Below, in pieces: positions 1-8,951 of a stretch of DNA of 50,609 nucleotides (position 1 is the first letter of the stretch; every line of letters starts with the position of its first letter). The stretch is from IMG/VR virus record IMGVR_UViG_3300020042_011508, positions 1 through 50,609 of that record; one strand, 5' to 3'. The notes under the pieces were generated by a model that saw nothing but the letters and a program-made list of their open reading frames with translations, did no database searches and was not told the origin of the DNA. Source of the DNA: a virus. Its lineage: Duplodnaviria; Caudoviricetes. The translations under genes were made by a program, and so were the position numbers.

Positions 1-76
1 TATTGCAAATGAATATCTAAACGATCTATTAAAACTATTTAAAGACTAAAACAATAAAAACAAAATAAAATAAACT

Positions 77-307
77 ATGGCAAATATACCCGTAAACCCC
101 TCAGCAGTATTATTAAGTGGATCTGGAAACATAACCGGTTCATTTGCAGGATTTTCAGTAGCTCAAGCAGTTACATTCACTGCTTTAAAAGATGCTAATG
201 GAACTAATTTAGCCGGAAGTGGATTAACATTTGCTTCAGGAGTAACTATACCATTATTCGTAACTAGTGCTTCTATATCAGCAGGAGCAATATTATTATA
301 TCCTTAA
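77..307 (+). CDS. Small Ser/Gly/Thr-rich putative virion structural protein (76 aa)
   Basis: ORF with A-rich leader; composition resembles the structural proteins of this window; lies in the head module. Confidence 0.55.
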   Translation: MANIPVNPSAVLLSGSGNITGSFAGFSVAQAVTFTALKDANGTNLAGSGLTFASGVTIPLFVTSASISAGAILLYP

Positions 308-320
308 TATTTATAATAAA

Positions 321-1676
321 ATGAAAACATTACAACAACAATATTTACTTATTAAAGAAGGCAAAGGCAATAAAGACTACTTCTTAAAACAAGCAAGAAA
401 TTTATTCCCTGAATATATCACTGTAAATAGTGATTATAAAACAGCCGTTCATGTATTAAAAAGCAAAAGCATTTTAAGTGAAGGTATTGGAGGAATAGTA
501 ACTATGAATCCTAATTCTAAACCTGATTGGTTTAAAATTTTTGATACAAATTTAAAAGAAGCCGTAGGTGTTAAAAACACTAAAGAATATGGTAATCAAA
601 ACGAATTTGATAAAATTGATACTGAAGTACAAAAGACTTTAGATAACGCTAACTTTAATTACAAAAACGAAAAAAATATCGATAACGTTTACGGTCAATC
701 ATTCTTAATGGGTTACTATACCGAAATGAAAGATCCTAAAAACGCTGATAAAACCGTAGATGAATTAAAACAAATTGTATTAAAAAACATGGTTAAAGAT
801 GTTACTTATTACAATACAAAAACTTCATTCGGTGTTAAAGACATTGGATACACAAAAGATGTAGTTGGTGGAGGCGATTCTGTAGCACCTAAAGGTAAAT
901 ATAAATCATCAGGATATGGTGACATGCCAAAAGCTAAAGTTGTTAAAGAAGGAATGGAAAATCAAGATGGTGATTATATTTGTTGGAATGCTGGTTCTAA
1001 TATTTATGACATAGCAAAATATAATAGTAATATTTCTTGGCATAATGATAAAGATGTTTTTAGAGGTTCTTTAAAAGATTGTGAACGATATAAAGAAGAA
1101 ATGGAGCAAAAATCATTTGAAAAAAATAATTTTGACGATGATTATTTTTTGCGTAAAGATTTAAACGAAGCTAAAAGTAAAAAATCAAATATTCATACTC
1201 GTATTAAAGACTTAGAAAAACAAAATGAAGTTTTAGCATTAGAATCTAAAATAACAGCATTAGACGAAGCAATCAGTGAATTAACTCAAAAAGTATCATT
1301 ATCTGAATCTGATGATTTAGCTGAAATGATGGATCCTAAAAAAATTAATGAACTTAAAAAAGATATTAAACAGCTTGAAAAATATAAAATGCAATGTGAA
1401 AAAAAATTATCAAAATTAGGTGGTAAAAAAGAAATAGTTGACGAAGTAGTAACAGGAGAAAATCCATACTTTGATACTGATCCATCTGATGGTGATGCTG
1501 ATGAGGTTGAAAATAGTCGATACGGTGCTGAAAATTACTATGATAAAGGTAAAAAAGCATTTGAAGAAGGTGATTTAGAAAAAGCACAAGAATATTACGA
1601 ATATGCTTTAAACTTTGGTAGTAATATAGGTTGGGATGAACGTGAATTACCTCCATACGAAACATTAAATAACTAA
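321..1676 (+). CDS. Putative internal head/prohead core protein with coiled coil; start probably ATG 321 (MKTLQQQYLLIKE), not 267
   Basis: ATATTTATA at 307-315 precedes ATG 321; directly upstream of the prohead protease (stop overlaps its ATG); many (L/I/V)xE motifs. Confidence 0.6.
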   Translation: MKTLQQQYLLIKEGKGNKDYFLKQARNLFPEYITVNSDYKTAVHVLKSKSILSEGIGGIVTMNPNSKPDWFKIFDTNLKEAVGVKNTKEYGNQNEFDKIDTEVQKTLDNANFNYKNEKNIDNVYGQSFLMGYYTEMKDPKNADKTVDELKQIVLKNMVKDVTYYNTKTSFGVKDIGYTKDVVGGGDSVAPKGKYKSSGYGDMPKAKVVKEGMENQDGDYICWNAGSNIYDIAKYNSNISWHNDKDVFRGSLKDCERYKEEMEQKSFEKNNFDDDYFLRKDLNEAKSKKSNIHTRIKDLEKQNEVLALESKITALDEAISELTQKVSLSESDDLAEMMDPKKINELKKDIKQLEKYKMQCEKKLSKLGGKKEIVDEVVTGENPYFDTDPSDGDADEVENSRYGAENYYDKGKKAFEEGDLEKAQEYYEYALNFGSNIGWDERELPPYETLNN

Positions 1677-2284
1677 TGAAACAAGTATTAATTGAAACAA
1701 TCCCATTTAATGTATCTCCAATACAGTTAACTGAAGGTATGAAAGCACCATCAGGTAACCCTATGGTTGAAGGTATTTTAGCTACAGCTGAAGTAAAAAA
1801 CGGTAATGGTAGATACTATTCTAAAGATTTATGGGAAAGAGAAATTGATAAATACATGGATGTGGTTAAAGGAAATAGAGCAACAGGTGAATTAGATCAT
1901 CCTGAATCTACAATTATTAACTTAAAAAACGTATCACATATCATCAGACAAATTAGATGGGAAGGTGATAAAGTGATAGGCAAAATAGAAATATTACCAA
2001 CAACATCAGGCAATATATTAAAAGCTCTTATTGACAATAATGTTATGGTCGGTGTATCATCTCGTGGAATGGGTAGCTTAAAAGAAATGAATGAAGGTAC
2101 TTTAGAAGTACAAGATGATTTTGAATTATTATGTTGGGATTTTGTCTCAACTCCTTCAAACCCAGGTTCATATATGAACTTAGTAAGAGAAGGTAAGGAA
2201 AATAATGTAGTAAACCCGTATAATAAAGTAAATTCATTATTAACTGAGATTTTATGTGCTAATGGTTCTTGCCCTATATTTTAA
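1676..2284 (+). CDS. gp21: Prohead core protease (T4 gp21-like)
   Basis: Motifs NGNGRYY, GELDHP, VSH, GVSSRGMGS, DFVSTPS typical of gp21-family proteases; upstream of scaffold and capsid genes. Confidence 0.93.
   Translation: MKQVLIETIPFNVSPIQLTEGMKAPSGNPMVEGILATAEVKNGNGRYYSKDLWEREIDKYMDVVKGNRATGELDHPESTIINLKNVSHIIRQIRWEGDKVIGKIEILPTTSGNILKALIDNNVMVGVSSRGMGSLKEMNEGTLEVQDDFELLCWDFVSTPSNPGSYMNLVREGKENNVVNPYNKVNSLLTEILCANGSCPIF
2211..2284 (+). repeat. Direct repeat copy 1 (3' end of the protease gene)
   Basis: 74 bp matching 3370-3443 with 4 mismatches; the last 57 bp (2228-2284) are identical. Confidence 0.95.
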
Positions 2285-2316
2285 ACAAAAACAAACATAT
2301 TTATAAATAAAAAACA

Positions 2317-2625
2317 ATGGAAAACATATTCGAATCAGTAGACAAAAAATTAAAAAAATTAAGAGAAGTTGGCGCTGAAAAACCATCATTAACTAATACT
2401 AGTGATGAAAAAATGCTGTCAGCACTTGTAGACAAATTACCTACATTAAAAGCTAAATTAAAAAATGTTGATCAACCTATTGAATTAGATGGTTTTTTTA
2501 AAACTTTTATAGAACAATTAGGTTTAAAAAATGTTAGTAAACAAACGGTTATGCTTGCTCTTAGAAAAGCATTAGATAATTTAACTCCTGGTGAACCAAC
2601 TATCACTACTAAAAAAATAAAATAA
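2317..2625 (+). CDS. Hypothetical protein, candidate capsid-internal protein
   Basis: ORF 102 aa; ATATTTATA at 2297-2305; N-terminus MENIFES...KKLRE. Confidence 0.65.
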   Translation: MENIFESVDKKLKKLREVGAEKPSLTNTSDEKMLSALVDKLPTLKAKLKNVDQPIELDGFFKTFIEQLGLKNVSKQTVMLALRKALDNLTPGEPTITTKKIK

Positions 2626-2638
2626 TATTTATTTTTAA

Positions 2639-3223
2639 ATGATTAAATTTGTTGATATATTAAATGAACTGGGAGAAGGTTCTAAATCATTTAATACAAA
2701 AGAAGTTTCTCAAGGTCAACAAATTTGGTTTAATATTGATGATCCTGATTTTCCTATTAGTAATTTTTGGATTTCTATAGCTATAGCAGATAAAGATATT
2801 ATAATAGGTAAAACACCTGATAATATATCTAAACCAAGATTTAAATTAGATAAAAGTGAAGGAAACGCAGCTAAAATAGATTTTGGAATTGTTGAAAACA
2901 ATGAATGGACTTTTCCTGTGTTAAATAAAGGGTATTTGTTTGGTATAATGGGAACTGTTGTTAATTCTATTAAGACTGTTTTAAATAAATACAAAAATGT
3001 TGAATATTTATTATTTGTTCCTGCAAATAAAATAAAAACTACTACCAAACAAACTAGTAAACTTAATTCTAATAAAAATTCAACACCCCAACAAAATACT
3101 CAAACTAGTGATAATGGTTCACAACGTGAAAATTTATATTTAGCATTTGTTAAAAAACAATTACCTAATGCTGAAATAACTAAAGAAAATGGATGGAATA
3201 TTATAAATATTTCTAAACAATAA
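2639..3223 (+). CDS. Hypothetical protein with MIKFVDILNE leader; resembles 44305-44814
   Basis: ORF 194 aa; ATATTTAT at 2625-2632. Confidence 0.7.
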   Translation: MIKFVDILNELGEGSKSFNTKEVSQGQQIWFNIDDPDFPISNFWISIAIADKDIIIGKTPDNISKPRFKLDKSEGNAAKIDFGIVENNEWTFPVLNKGYLFGIMGTVVNSIKTVLNKYKNVEYLLFVPANKIKTTTKQTSKLNSNKNSTPQQNTQTSDNGSQRENLYLAFVKKQLPNAEITKENGWNIINISKQ

Positions 3224-3236
3224 AATAAATAAAACT

Positions 3237-3443
3237 ATGAATACAATTAACTCTTGGAAATCAAAAACTAAACAAAAAGACAAATTTGAAATTACAATTC
3301 GTATTTCAACAATTACATTATTTGAAATCAATATTGACTTATCTAAAAAATCATATAGCTTTATGCTATTAAATCCTTATACTAAGGTAAATTCATTATT
3401 AACTGAGATTTTATGTGCTAATGGTTCTTGCCCTATATTTTAA
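3237..3443 (+). CDS. Chimeric small ORF: unrelated N-terminus fused to a copy of the protease C-terminus (NPYTKVNSLLTEILCANGSCPIF)
   Basis: The C-terminal 23 aa match the protease C-terminus except for one residue. Confidence 0.6.
   Translation: MNTINSWKSKTKQKDKFEITIRISTITLFEINIDLSKKSYSFMLLNPYTKVNSLLTEILCANGSCPIF
3370..3443 (+). repeat. Direct repeat copy 2 (duplicate of protease 3' end)
   Basis: Matches 2211-2284; both copies are followed shortly by CAAACATATTTA. Confidence 0.95.
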
Positions 3444-3477
3444 CTAACACCAAACATATTTATTTATATATAAAATA

Positions 3478-3981
3478 ATGAAAAAACAAATATTATCTGA
3501 AGAATTTAAAAGAATGCAAAAACTAGCAGGAATTATTATAGAATCACCCTTTAATAAAGATGGTGAACCATTAATGACTCATAACCAATATCGTGATTAT
3601 AGCGAACCATCAGAAGAAGATTATGATAATCAACATCACCACGATGAAGATATAAATATTAAAAAAGAATTCATTGGAGAAATGAAAAGAAACAATATTT
3701 TTGTTGAAACATTTAATGGCAATGAATATTTTATTCGATGTAAAGATTATGAAGATTTTATGATATATTTTACTAATAATGATACAATTGAAATATATGA
3801 TACTAATGATGATCAAAAAAAAGAATTTAATTTTCAAGATGCTGTTGATTATACATTATCTAACAAAGATAGACTTTATTCTTTTGAAGAATCTGTTAAA
3901 TCTAGAAATAAAGAATATGAAATAGATGCCCAGGATAGAAAAAACAATAGAGCTGAAATGGGCGGTTATGGTTTAGGATAA
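3478..3981 (+). CDS. Hypothetical acidic protein with leader MKKQILSEEFKRMQKLAGIIIE, candidate capsid-internal protein
   Basis: ORF 167 aa; ATATTTAT at 3456-3463; leader resembles the scaffold C-terminus RWQLLAGI. Confidence 0.7.
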   Translation: MKKQILSEEFKRMQKLAGIIIESPFNKDGEPLMTHNQYRDYSEPSEEDYDNQHHHDEDINIKKEFIGEMKRNNIFVETFNGNEYFIRCKDYEDFMIYFTNNDTIEIYDTNDDQKKEFNFQDAVDYTLSNKDRLYSFEESVKSRNKEYEIDAQDRKNNRAEMGGYGLG

Positions 3982-3989
3982 ATTTTAAA

Positions 3990-4877
3990 ATGAAGCTGTT
4001 AAGTATTTTAAAAAATATCATTTTAGAAGCTAAACAAGCTGGAGACTTATATCATTTTACTCCAGTATCATATTTAAAAGATATTTTATTAACTCAATAT
4101 TTATATCCTAATGATGAAAATCAAATTTCTACATCTAGAAGACCTAACATGTCTACTCGAGATTTTCAAGATATGAAAACAAACTCTATAGCTAGAATAA
4201 TGCTAGATGGAGATAAAATAAGTAATAAATATAAAGTTAGACCCTTTGCTTTTGGTGCTAATGAAAATAATCCCGAAGATTTAGGAGAAGAACAGATAGT
4301 TGTAAATGGACAAAAATTCCCATTTATTCCTTATCTTAAAAGGATAGATATTTTTTTAAATAAAAAAACTAAAGTAAATGATAAAATAGTTGAACTTTTA
4401 GAAAAAGCAAATATACCGTATAAAATATACCCTAACATACCAATATCTAATACTCCATATACTCAACCTAAAAAAGACAAACCAGAAGATATTAATATAT
4501 CTAATATCCCTAAAAGAGAAATATATAGTGCATTAGAATTATATTTTCCAGGAATGAAAACTAAAAAAATTCCATATTATAATACATACAATGGTGATAA
4601 TGAAAATGATCGTCTTGTTAGTATGAATGTAGGAATATCCCCAGAATATCCTAATCATTATCTTGGTTTAACTTGGCTTAGTCATAGTAAATATTTAAAG
4701 GATCATTGGTATAATAAAAATGGTAAAAAAATTAATAACTTAAAAATAGTACCTATTCCTATGTATAAAGATCCTAAATGGTTAAAAAAATGGGAAAAAA
4801 ATGTTCAAAAACCATATACTAATTTATCTTATGATTCATATCTTCTTATACCTAAAAAAGAAGTAGATGTTGAATAA
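3990..4877 (+). CDS. Hypothetical protein with leader MKLLSILKNIILE and possible ADP-ribosyltransferase-like domain
   Basis: ORF 295 aa; LYHFT ... ISTSR ... GEEQI motif order resembles ART folds (by eye). Confidence 0.5.
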   Translation: MKLLSILKNIILEAKQAGDLYHFTPVSYLKDILLTQYLYPNDENQISTSRRPNMSTRDFQDMKTNSIARIMLDGDKISNKYKVRPFAFGANENNPEDLGEEQIVVNGQKFPFIPYLKRIDIFLNKKTKVNDKIVELLEKANIPYKIYPNIPISNTPYTQPKKDKPEDINISNIPKREIYSALELYFPGMKTKKIPYYNTYNGDNENDRLVSMNVGISPEYPNHYLGLTWLSHSKYLKDHWYNKNGKKINNLKIVPIPMYKDPKWLKKWEKNVQKPYTNLSYDSYLLIPKKEVDVE

Positions 4878-4885
4878 TTTAATTT

Positions 4886-4919
4886 AAACCCTCCCTTAAA
4901 AAAGGAGGGTTTCTTTTTT
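4886..4919 (+). terminator. Rho-independent terminator
   Basis: AAACCCTCC / GGAGGGTTT stem followed by a T-rich tract. Confidence 0.85.
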
Positions 4920-5056
4920 CGATCTTGAGGAAGGGGCATATATGTATCGAGGAATATACGGTTTACATATCGTATCAATTTTAAATATTCTATTACGCTT
5001 CGATTTTATCTACAATAAGCGTATTTCCAACAAAACAATTTGAGGACAAAAAAACA

Positions 5057-6082
5057 ATGACAAACAGAGATTTGCTAAAAGAAGCAATCGCAGATGCCAA
5101 AGCAGTTAAAGAAACAGCTATCGCAAATGCAAAACTAGCTCTTGAAGAAACTTTCAACCCATTCCTAAAAGAAAGATTAGCAGCAGTGCTAGCTGAAATG
5201 GATGAAATGGAAGAAGGTGAAGAAGAGTTAAAAGAAGAAATGCATGATGATGCAATGGAAGAAGAAATGCATGATGATGAAATGGAAGAAGACATGAAAA
5301 TGGATGAAACCGAAGAAGACATGGATTTAGAAGAACTTTTAAGAGAATTAGATGAAATGGATTCATTAAATGAAGCAGAAGATTTATTAAACGGTAACGT
5401 TGATGAAGAAGAAGTTGCTAAAGGTGTTGATGATGATGCTGATGGTATCCCTGATAATATGGATGCTGACATTAACATTGAAGACATGAGTACTGAAGAT
5501 CTAGAAAATTTTATTAAAGACGTAATTTCAGACATGGTATCATCAGGCGAATTAGAAGCTGGTGAAGGTGAAGAGGAAAAAGAAGAAGAAGAAGAAGAAA
5601 TGGAAATGGGTGAAGAAGATGAAGAAGAAGAAATGGATATTGATGCTATAGTAGCTGAAATTAAAAAATCAAAAGCTAAAAAATCACCAGAAAAAGATGA
5701 TGACGAAAAAGAAAAGATGAAAAAAGAACTTAAAGAAGCTTATGACGCTTTAAAACATATCAAATCTGAATTAAACGAAGTTAACTTATTCAACGCTAAA
5801 TTACTTTATACAAACAAAATCTTTAGAAACAAAAATTTATCTGAATCACAAAAGGTAAAAGTATTATCAGCCTTTGATAAAGCTGTTAATGTAAAAGAAG
5901 CTAAATTAGTATATGAAACATTAAGTGAAGGTTTAAAAACAACAAAAACCCCAGTTAACGAATCATTATTAAGAGGTGCTGCATCTAAAGTATCAGGTAT
6001 TGCTCCAAAGAAACCAATTCTTGAAGTAAACAACCAGGTAAGCAGATGGCAGTTATTAGCTGGTATCAAAAAACAACTATAA
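5057..6082 (+). CDS. Prohead scaffolding/core protein (gp22-like role)
   Basis: Very acidic, helical 341-aa protein between protease and major capsid genes; C-terminus SRWQLLAGIKKQL. Confidence 0.8.
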   Translation: MTNRDLLKEAIADAKAVKETAIANAKLALEETFNPFLKERLAAVLAEMDEMEEGEEELKEEMHDDAMEEEMHDDEMEEDMKMDETEEDMDLEELLRELDEMDSLNEAEDLLNGNVDEEEVAKGVDDDADGIPDNMDADINIEDMSTEDLENFIKDVISDMVSSGELEAGEGEEEKEEEEEEMEMGEEDEEEEMDIDAIVAEIKKSKAKKSPEKDDDEKEKMKKELKEAYDALKHIKSELNEVNLFNAKLLYTNKIFRNKNLSESQKVKVLSAFDKAVNVKEAKLVYETLSEGLKTTKTPVNESLLRGAASKVSGIAPKKPILEVNNQVSRWQLLAGIKKQL

Positions 6083-6120
6083 CAAAAAACAAAAACAAAA
6101 ACAAAAACAATTAATTAAAA

Positions 6121-7893
6121 ATGTCAAACATACATCAATTATTAGAAAGCTCTGCAGGATCTTGGAAAACACTCCAAAGTGATGCTGCTAAATTAGCTTC
6201 TAAATGGACCAAAACGGGTCTATTAGAAGGCTTAACTACTGTGGACAGTAACAACATGTCCCTTTTATTAGAAAATCAAGCTAAGCAATTAGTAACTGAA
6301 ACAAACCAAATCTCATCAAATTCATCATTCACTTCAGGTGGACAAGGTGAAAACTGGGCTGGTATTGCTTTACCATTAGTTCGTAAAGTATTCGGTACTA
6401 TTGTAGCAAAAGAATTCGTTTCTGTTCAACCAATGAATATGCCATCTGGTCTTGTATTCTTCTTAGATTTCCAATACGGAAACAGTAAGACTCCATTTAC
6501 AACAGGTGATTCTTTATATGGTAATAGAAATACAGCTTCTGAGTTTCCATTTTCTACTCCAACTGCTGATGGTGGTTTATATGGTGCTGGTAGATTTACA
6601 TACTCTACTAACCAATTTTCTAGCTCAGCTATTAACTACACTGCCTCTGTTCTTAACTCATCAGTATTTAATACTGCTGCAGTTGCAGCAAACTCAGGTA
6701 GTATCGTATCAGCATCATGGGCTGAATTAAATTTTGATTCTACTTATTCTGCTTCAGTTGCTGGTGCTGGTAGTATTTATAAACTTACTATTTCTGGTGG
6801 TTTATATTTACCTTCATTTGATCAAGATGCAGTTCGTGGTTTCGTACCTGTATCAGGTAGTGGTATTAGTGCTACAAACTTGTTACCACAATTTACAACT
6901 TATAATTACACAGCTAATACAATTGCTTTCTTCTTTACTGGTTCTGCAAACTTCGTTGGTATCACAGCTGCCAGTACATTAACTGTTAACTACCAAAAAT
7001 CAACATCACAAAATGGTATCAACGTTACTTCAGGTAACAACGCTGCATCAGCAGTAGGTGGTAACCAATCAGGTCGTGGTGATTTTGAAGCTTCTGGTTC
7101 ATTTTCAGTACCAAACGCTACTTCAGCTACTCAAATCTCAATTCCTGAGATTAACGTTAGAATGCAATCTCAACCAATTACTGCTAAAACTAAAAAGTTA
7201 AAAGCTGTATGGACTCCTGAGTTTGCTCAAGATTTAAGCGCTTACCAAAATATCGATGCTGAAGCAGAATTAACTAACATCATGAGTGAGTACATTTCAA
7301 TGGAAATTGATTTAGAAATCTTAGACATGTTGATCGAAGATGCAGCAGCTGGTACTGAGTACTGGTCAGCAATTAACAACCAGATTTATAATGGATCTAC
7401 TTTAGTTACTAATGCTTCAGCGTTCTATAATACTCAAGGTCAATGGTTCCAAACTTTAGGTACTAAAATCCAAAAGTTAAGTAACAAAATTCACCAATTA
7501 ACATTACGTGGAGGTGCTAATTTCATCGTAACTTCTCCAACAGTAGCTACTATCTTAGAATCAATCCCAGGATTTGCTTCTACAAGCAATGGTGAAGCTG
7601 ATCAAATGGAATACGCTTTCGGTGTACAAAAGATTGGTACTGTAAACGGTCGCTATAAGGTTTACAAAAATCCTTACATGACTGAGAATTTAATGTTAAT
7701 GGGTTACAGAGGTAGCCAGTTCCTAGAAACAGGTGCTGTATTCGCTCCGTACATTCCGTTGATCATGACTCCATTAGTGTACGATCCAGATACTTTCACT
7801 CCAAGAAAAGGTCTATTAACTCGTTACGCTAAGAAAATGTTGCGTCCGGAGTTTTATGCTAAAATTTATGTTAGTGGTTTAAACACTATCTAA
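6121..7893 (+). CDS. gp23: Major capsid protein (T4 gp23-like) with Ser/Thr/Ala-rich insertion
   Basis: LLENQA, LPLVRKV, VSVQPMNMPSGLVFFLDF, AKTKKLKAVWTPEFAQDL, DAEAELTNIMS, FAPYIPL, FTPRKGLLTRY motifs. Confidence 0.95.
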   Translation: MSNIHQLLESSAGSWKTLQSDAAKLASKWTKTGLLEGLTTVDSNNMSLLLENQAKQLVTETNQISSNSSFTSGGQGENWAGIALPLVRKVFGTIVAKEFVSVQPMNMPSGLVFFLDFQYGNSKTPFTTGDSLYGNRNTASEFPFSTPTADGGLYGAGRFTYSTNQFSSSAINYTASVLNSSVFNTAAVAANSGSIVSASWAELNFDSTYSASVAGAGSIYKLTISGGLYLPSFDQDAVRGFVPVSGSGISATNLLPQFTTYNYTANTIAFFFTGSANFVGITAASTLTVNYQKSTSQNGINVTSGNNAASAVGGNQSGRGDFEASGSFSVPNATSATQISIPEINVRMQSQPITAKTKKLKAVWTPEFAQDLSAYQNIDAEAELTNIMSEYISMEIDLEILDMLIEDAAAGTEYWSAINNQIYNGSTLVTNASAFYNTQGQWFQTLGTKIQKLSNKIHQLTLRGGANFIVTSPTVATILESIPGFASTSNGEADQMEYAFGVQKIGTVNGRYKVYKNPYMTENLMLMGYRGSQFLETGAVFAPYIPLIMTPLVYDPDTFTPRKGLLTRYAKKMLRPEFYAKIYVSGLNTI

Positions 7894-7925
7894 TATTAGA
7901 TAACACTTTATAACAAAAGTTAAAG

Positions 7926-7952
7926 AACCCCACTGAAAAGTGGGGTTTTTTT
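7926..7952 (+). terminator. Rho-independent terminator after capsid gene
   Basis: AACCCCACT-GAAA-AGTGGGGTT plus T-run. Confidence 0.9.
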
Positions 7953-7958
7953 ATCAAA

Positions 7959-7989
7959 TTTGGATAAGTAATATTAGTTTAGTATATTT
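7959..7989 (+). promoter_or_regulatory. Bacteroidota-type host-sigma promoter TTTGG-N19-TATATTT
   Basis: One of six sites with identical 19-nt spacing; resembles the Bacteroidetes -33 TTTG / -7 TAnnTTTG consensus. Confidence 0.65.
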
Positions 7990-8036
7990 ACCTAGGCCTA
8001 TATAATATGTATAATTAACAAAATTAGTTTTTAAAA

Positions 8037-8951
8037 ATGAAAGAAACCCCATCGCAATTAAAGGTTCCAAGTTATGTATTAAACTTCCCCTTTTCTTTAA
8101 ACACCGAAAATCCAAATAATATTTGGATGGAAGAATTATCACCTGAAGAATTACAAATTAATAAACCAAAAGCATACAAACAGTTTATGGATTTGTATAA
8201 TTTTATTGCTGGTGGTTCTTTAGTTTATTTATTACCCTCGTATGGTGATTATCAAGATCAAGTTTACGTAGCTAACGTTGGAATTCATTTACCCCACATT
8301 AAAGACGATAATATCGTGGTATTATCCAATTTTACTTCCGAACCTAGACAAGGTGAAGAATTAGTAGCTAAACCATTTTTTGATTTAATGAATTATACTA
8401 CTCATTTATGTCCATTTAAATGGGAAGGTGAGGCAGATTTAAAATATATTGGTGGAAATAATTATATAGGTGGTTATGGTCAACGTTCAACATTAGAGGC
8501 TTATGAATGGATGGAAACAATGTTTGGTATGAATATTATCAAAGTTGAAATGGTTGAACCTTATTTATATCATTTAGATTGTTCAGTATTTCCATTAACT
8601 AATAAAAAAACATTAATTTGTACTGAATTATTTCTACCTGAGGAATTAGAAGAAATAAGTAAATATACTGAAATTATTGATATTAATGTTGATGATGCTT
8701 TTGGTGGAATAACAAACTCAGTAAGAATGGGAAATATGATTTTATGTGCTTCTAATATATCTGAACTAAAACGTACTGATCCTTTATATGATTTAGAAAA
8801 ACATAAAATTGATACATTAGAAAAAATATGTGCTAATGAAGGTTTAGAACCAGTTATATTTAATCTATCAGAATTTATGAAATCAGGTGCAATGTTAAGT
8901 TGTATGATTTTAAATTTAAATTATGTTGATTACTATAAATCATTAATCTAA
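8037..8951 (+). CDS. Amidinotransferase / dimethylarginine dimethylaminohydrolase (pentein) family protein
   Basis: DQVYVAN, R.GE, WEGEAD, YHLDC and C-terminal SEFMKSGAMLSC with the catalytic Cys. Confidence 0.8.
   Translation: MKETPSQLKVPSYVLNFPFSLNTENPNNIWMEELSPEELQINKPKAYKQFMDLYNFIAGGSLVYLLPSYGDYQDQVYVANVGIHLPHIKDDNIVVLSNFTSEPRQGEELVAKPFFDLMNYTTHLCPFKWEGEADLKYIGGNNYIGGYGQRSTLEAYEWMETMFGMNIIKVEMVEPYLYHLDCSVFPLTNKKTLICTELFLPEELEEISKYTEIIDINVDDAFGGITNSVRMGNMILCASNISELKRTDPLYDLEKHKIDTLEKICANEGLEPVIFNLSEFMKSGAMLSCMILNLNYVDYYKSLI

Noticed and set aside
267-320. Upstream extension of ORF 267-1676
   Set aside because: It overlaps ORF 77-307 and the promoter motif at 307-315; ATG 321 is the better start
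2211-3443. Repeat pair as a DGR template/variable region
   Set aside because: Mismatches are not adenine-specific (C/T, G/T, A/C, A/G), are mostly synonymous, and there is no reverse transcriptase in the window
6083-6120. (CAAAAA)n repeat before the capsid gene
   Set aside because: Best explained as an A-rich unstructured translation leader like others here, not a separate element
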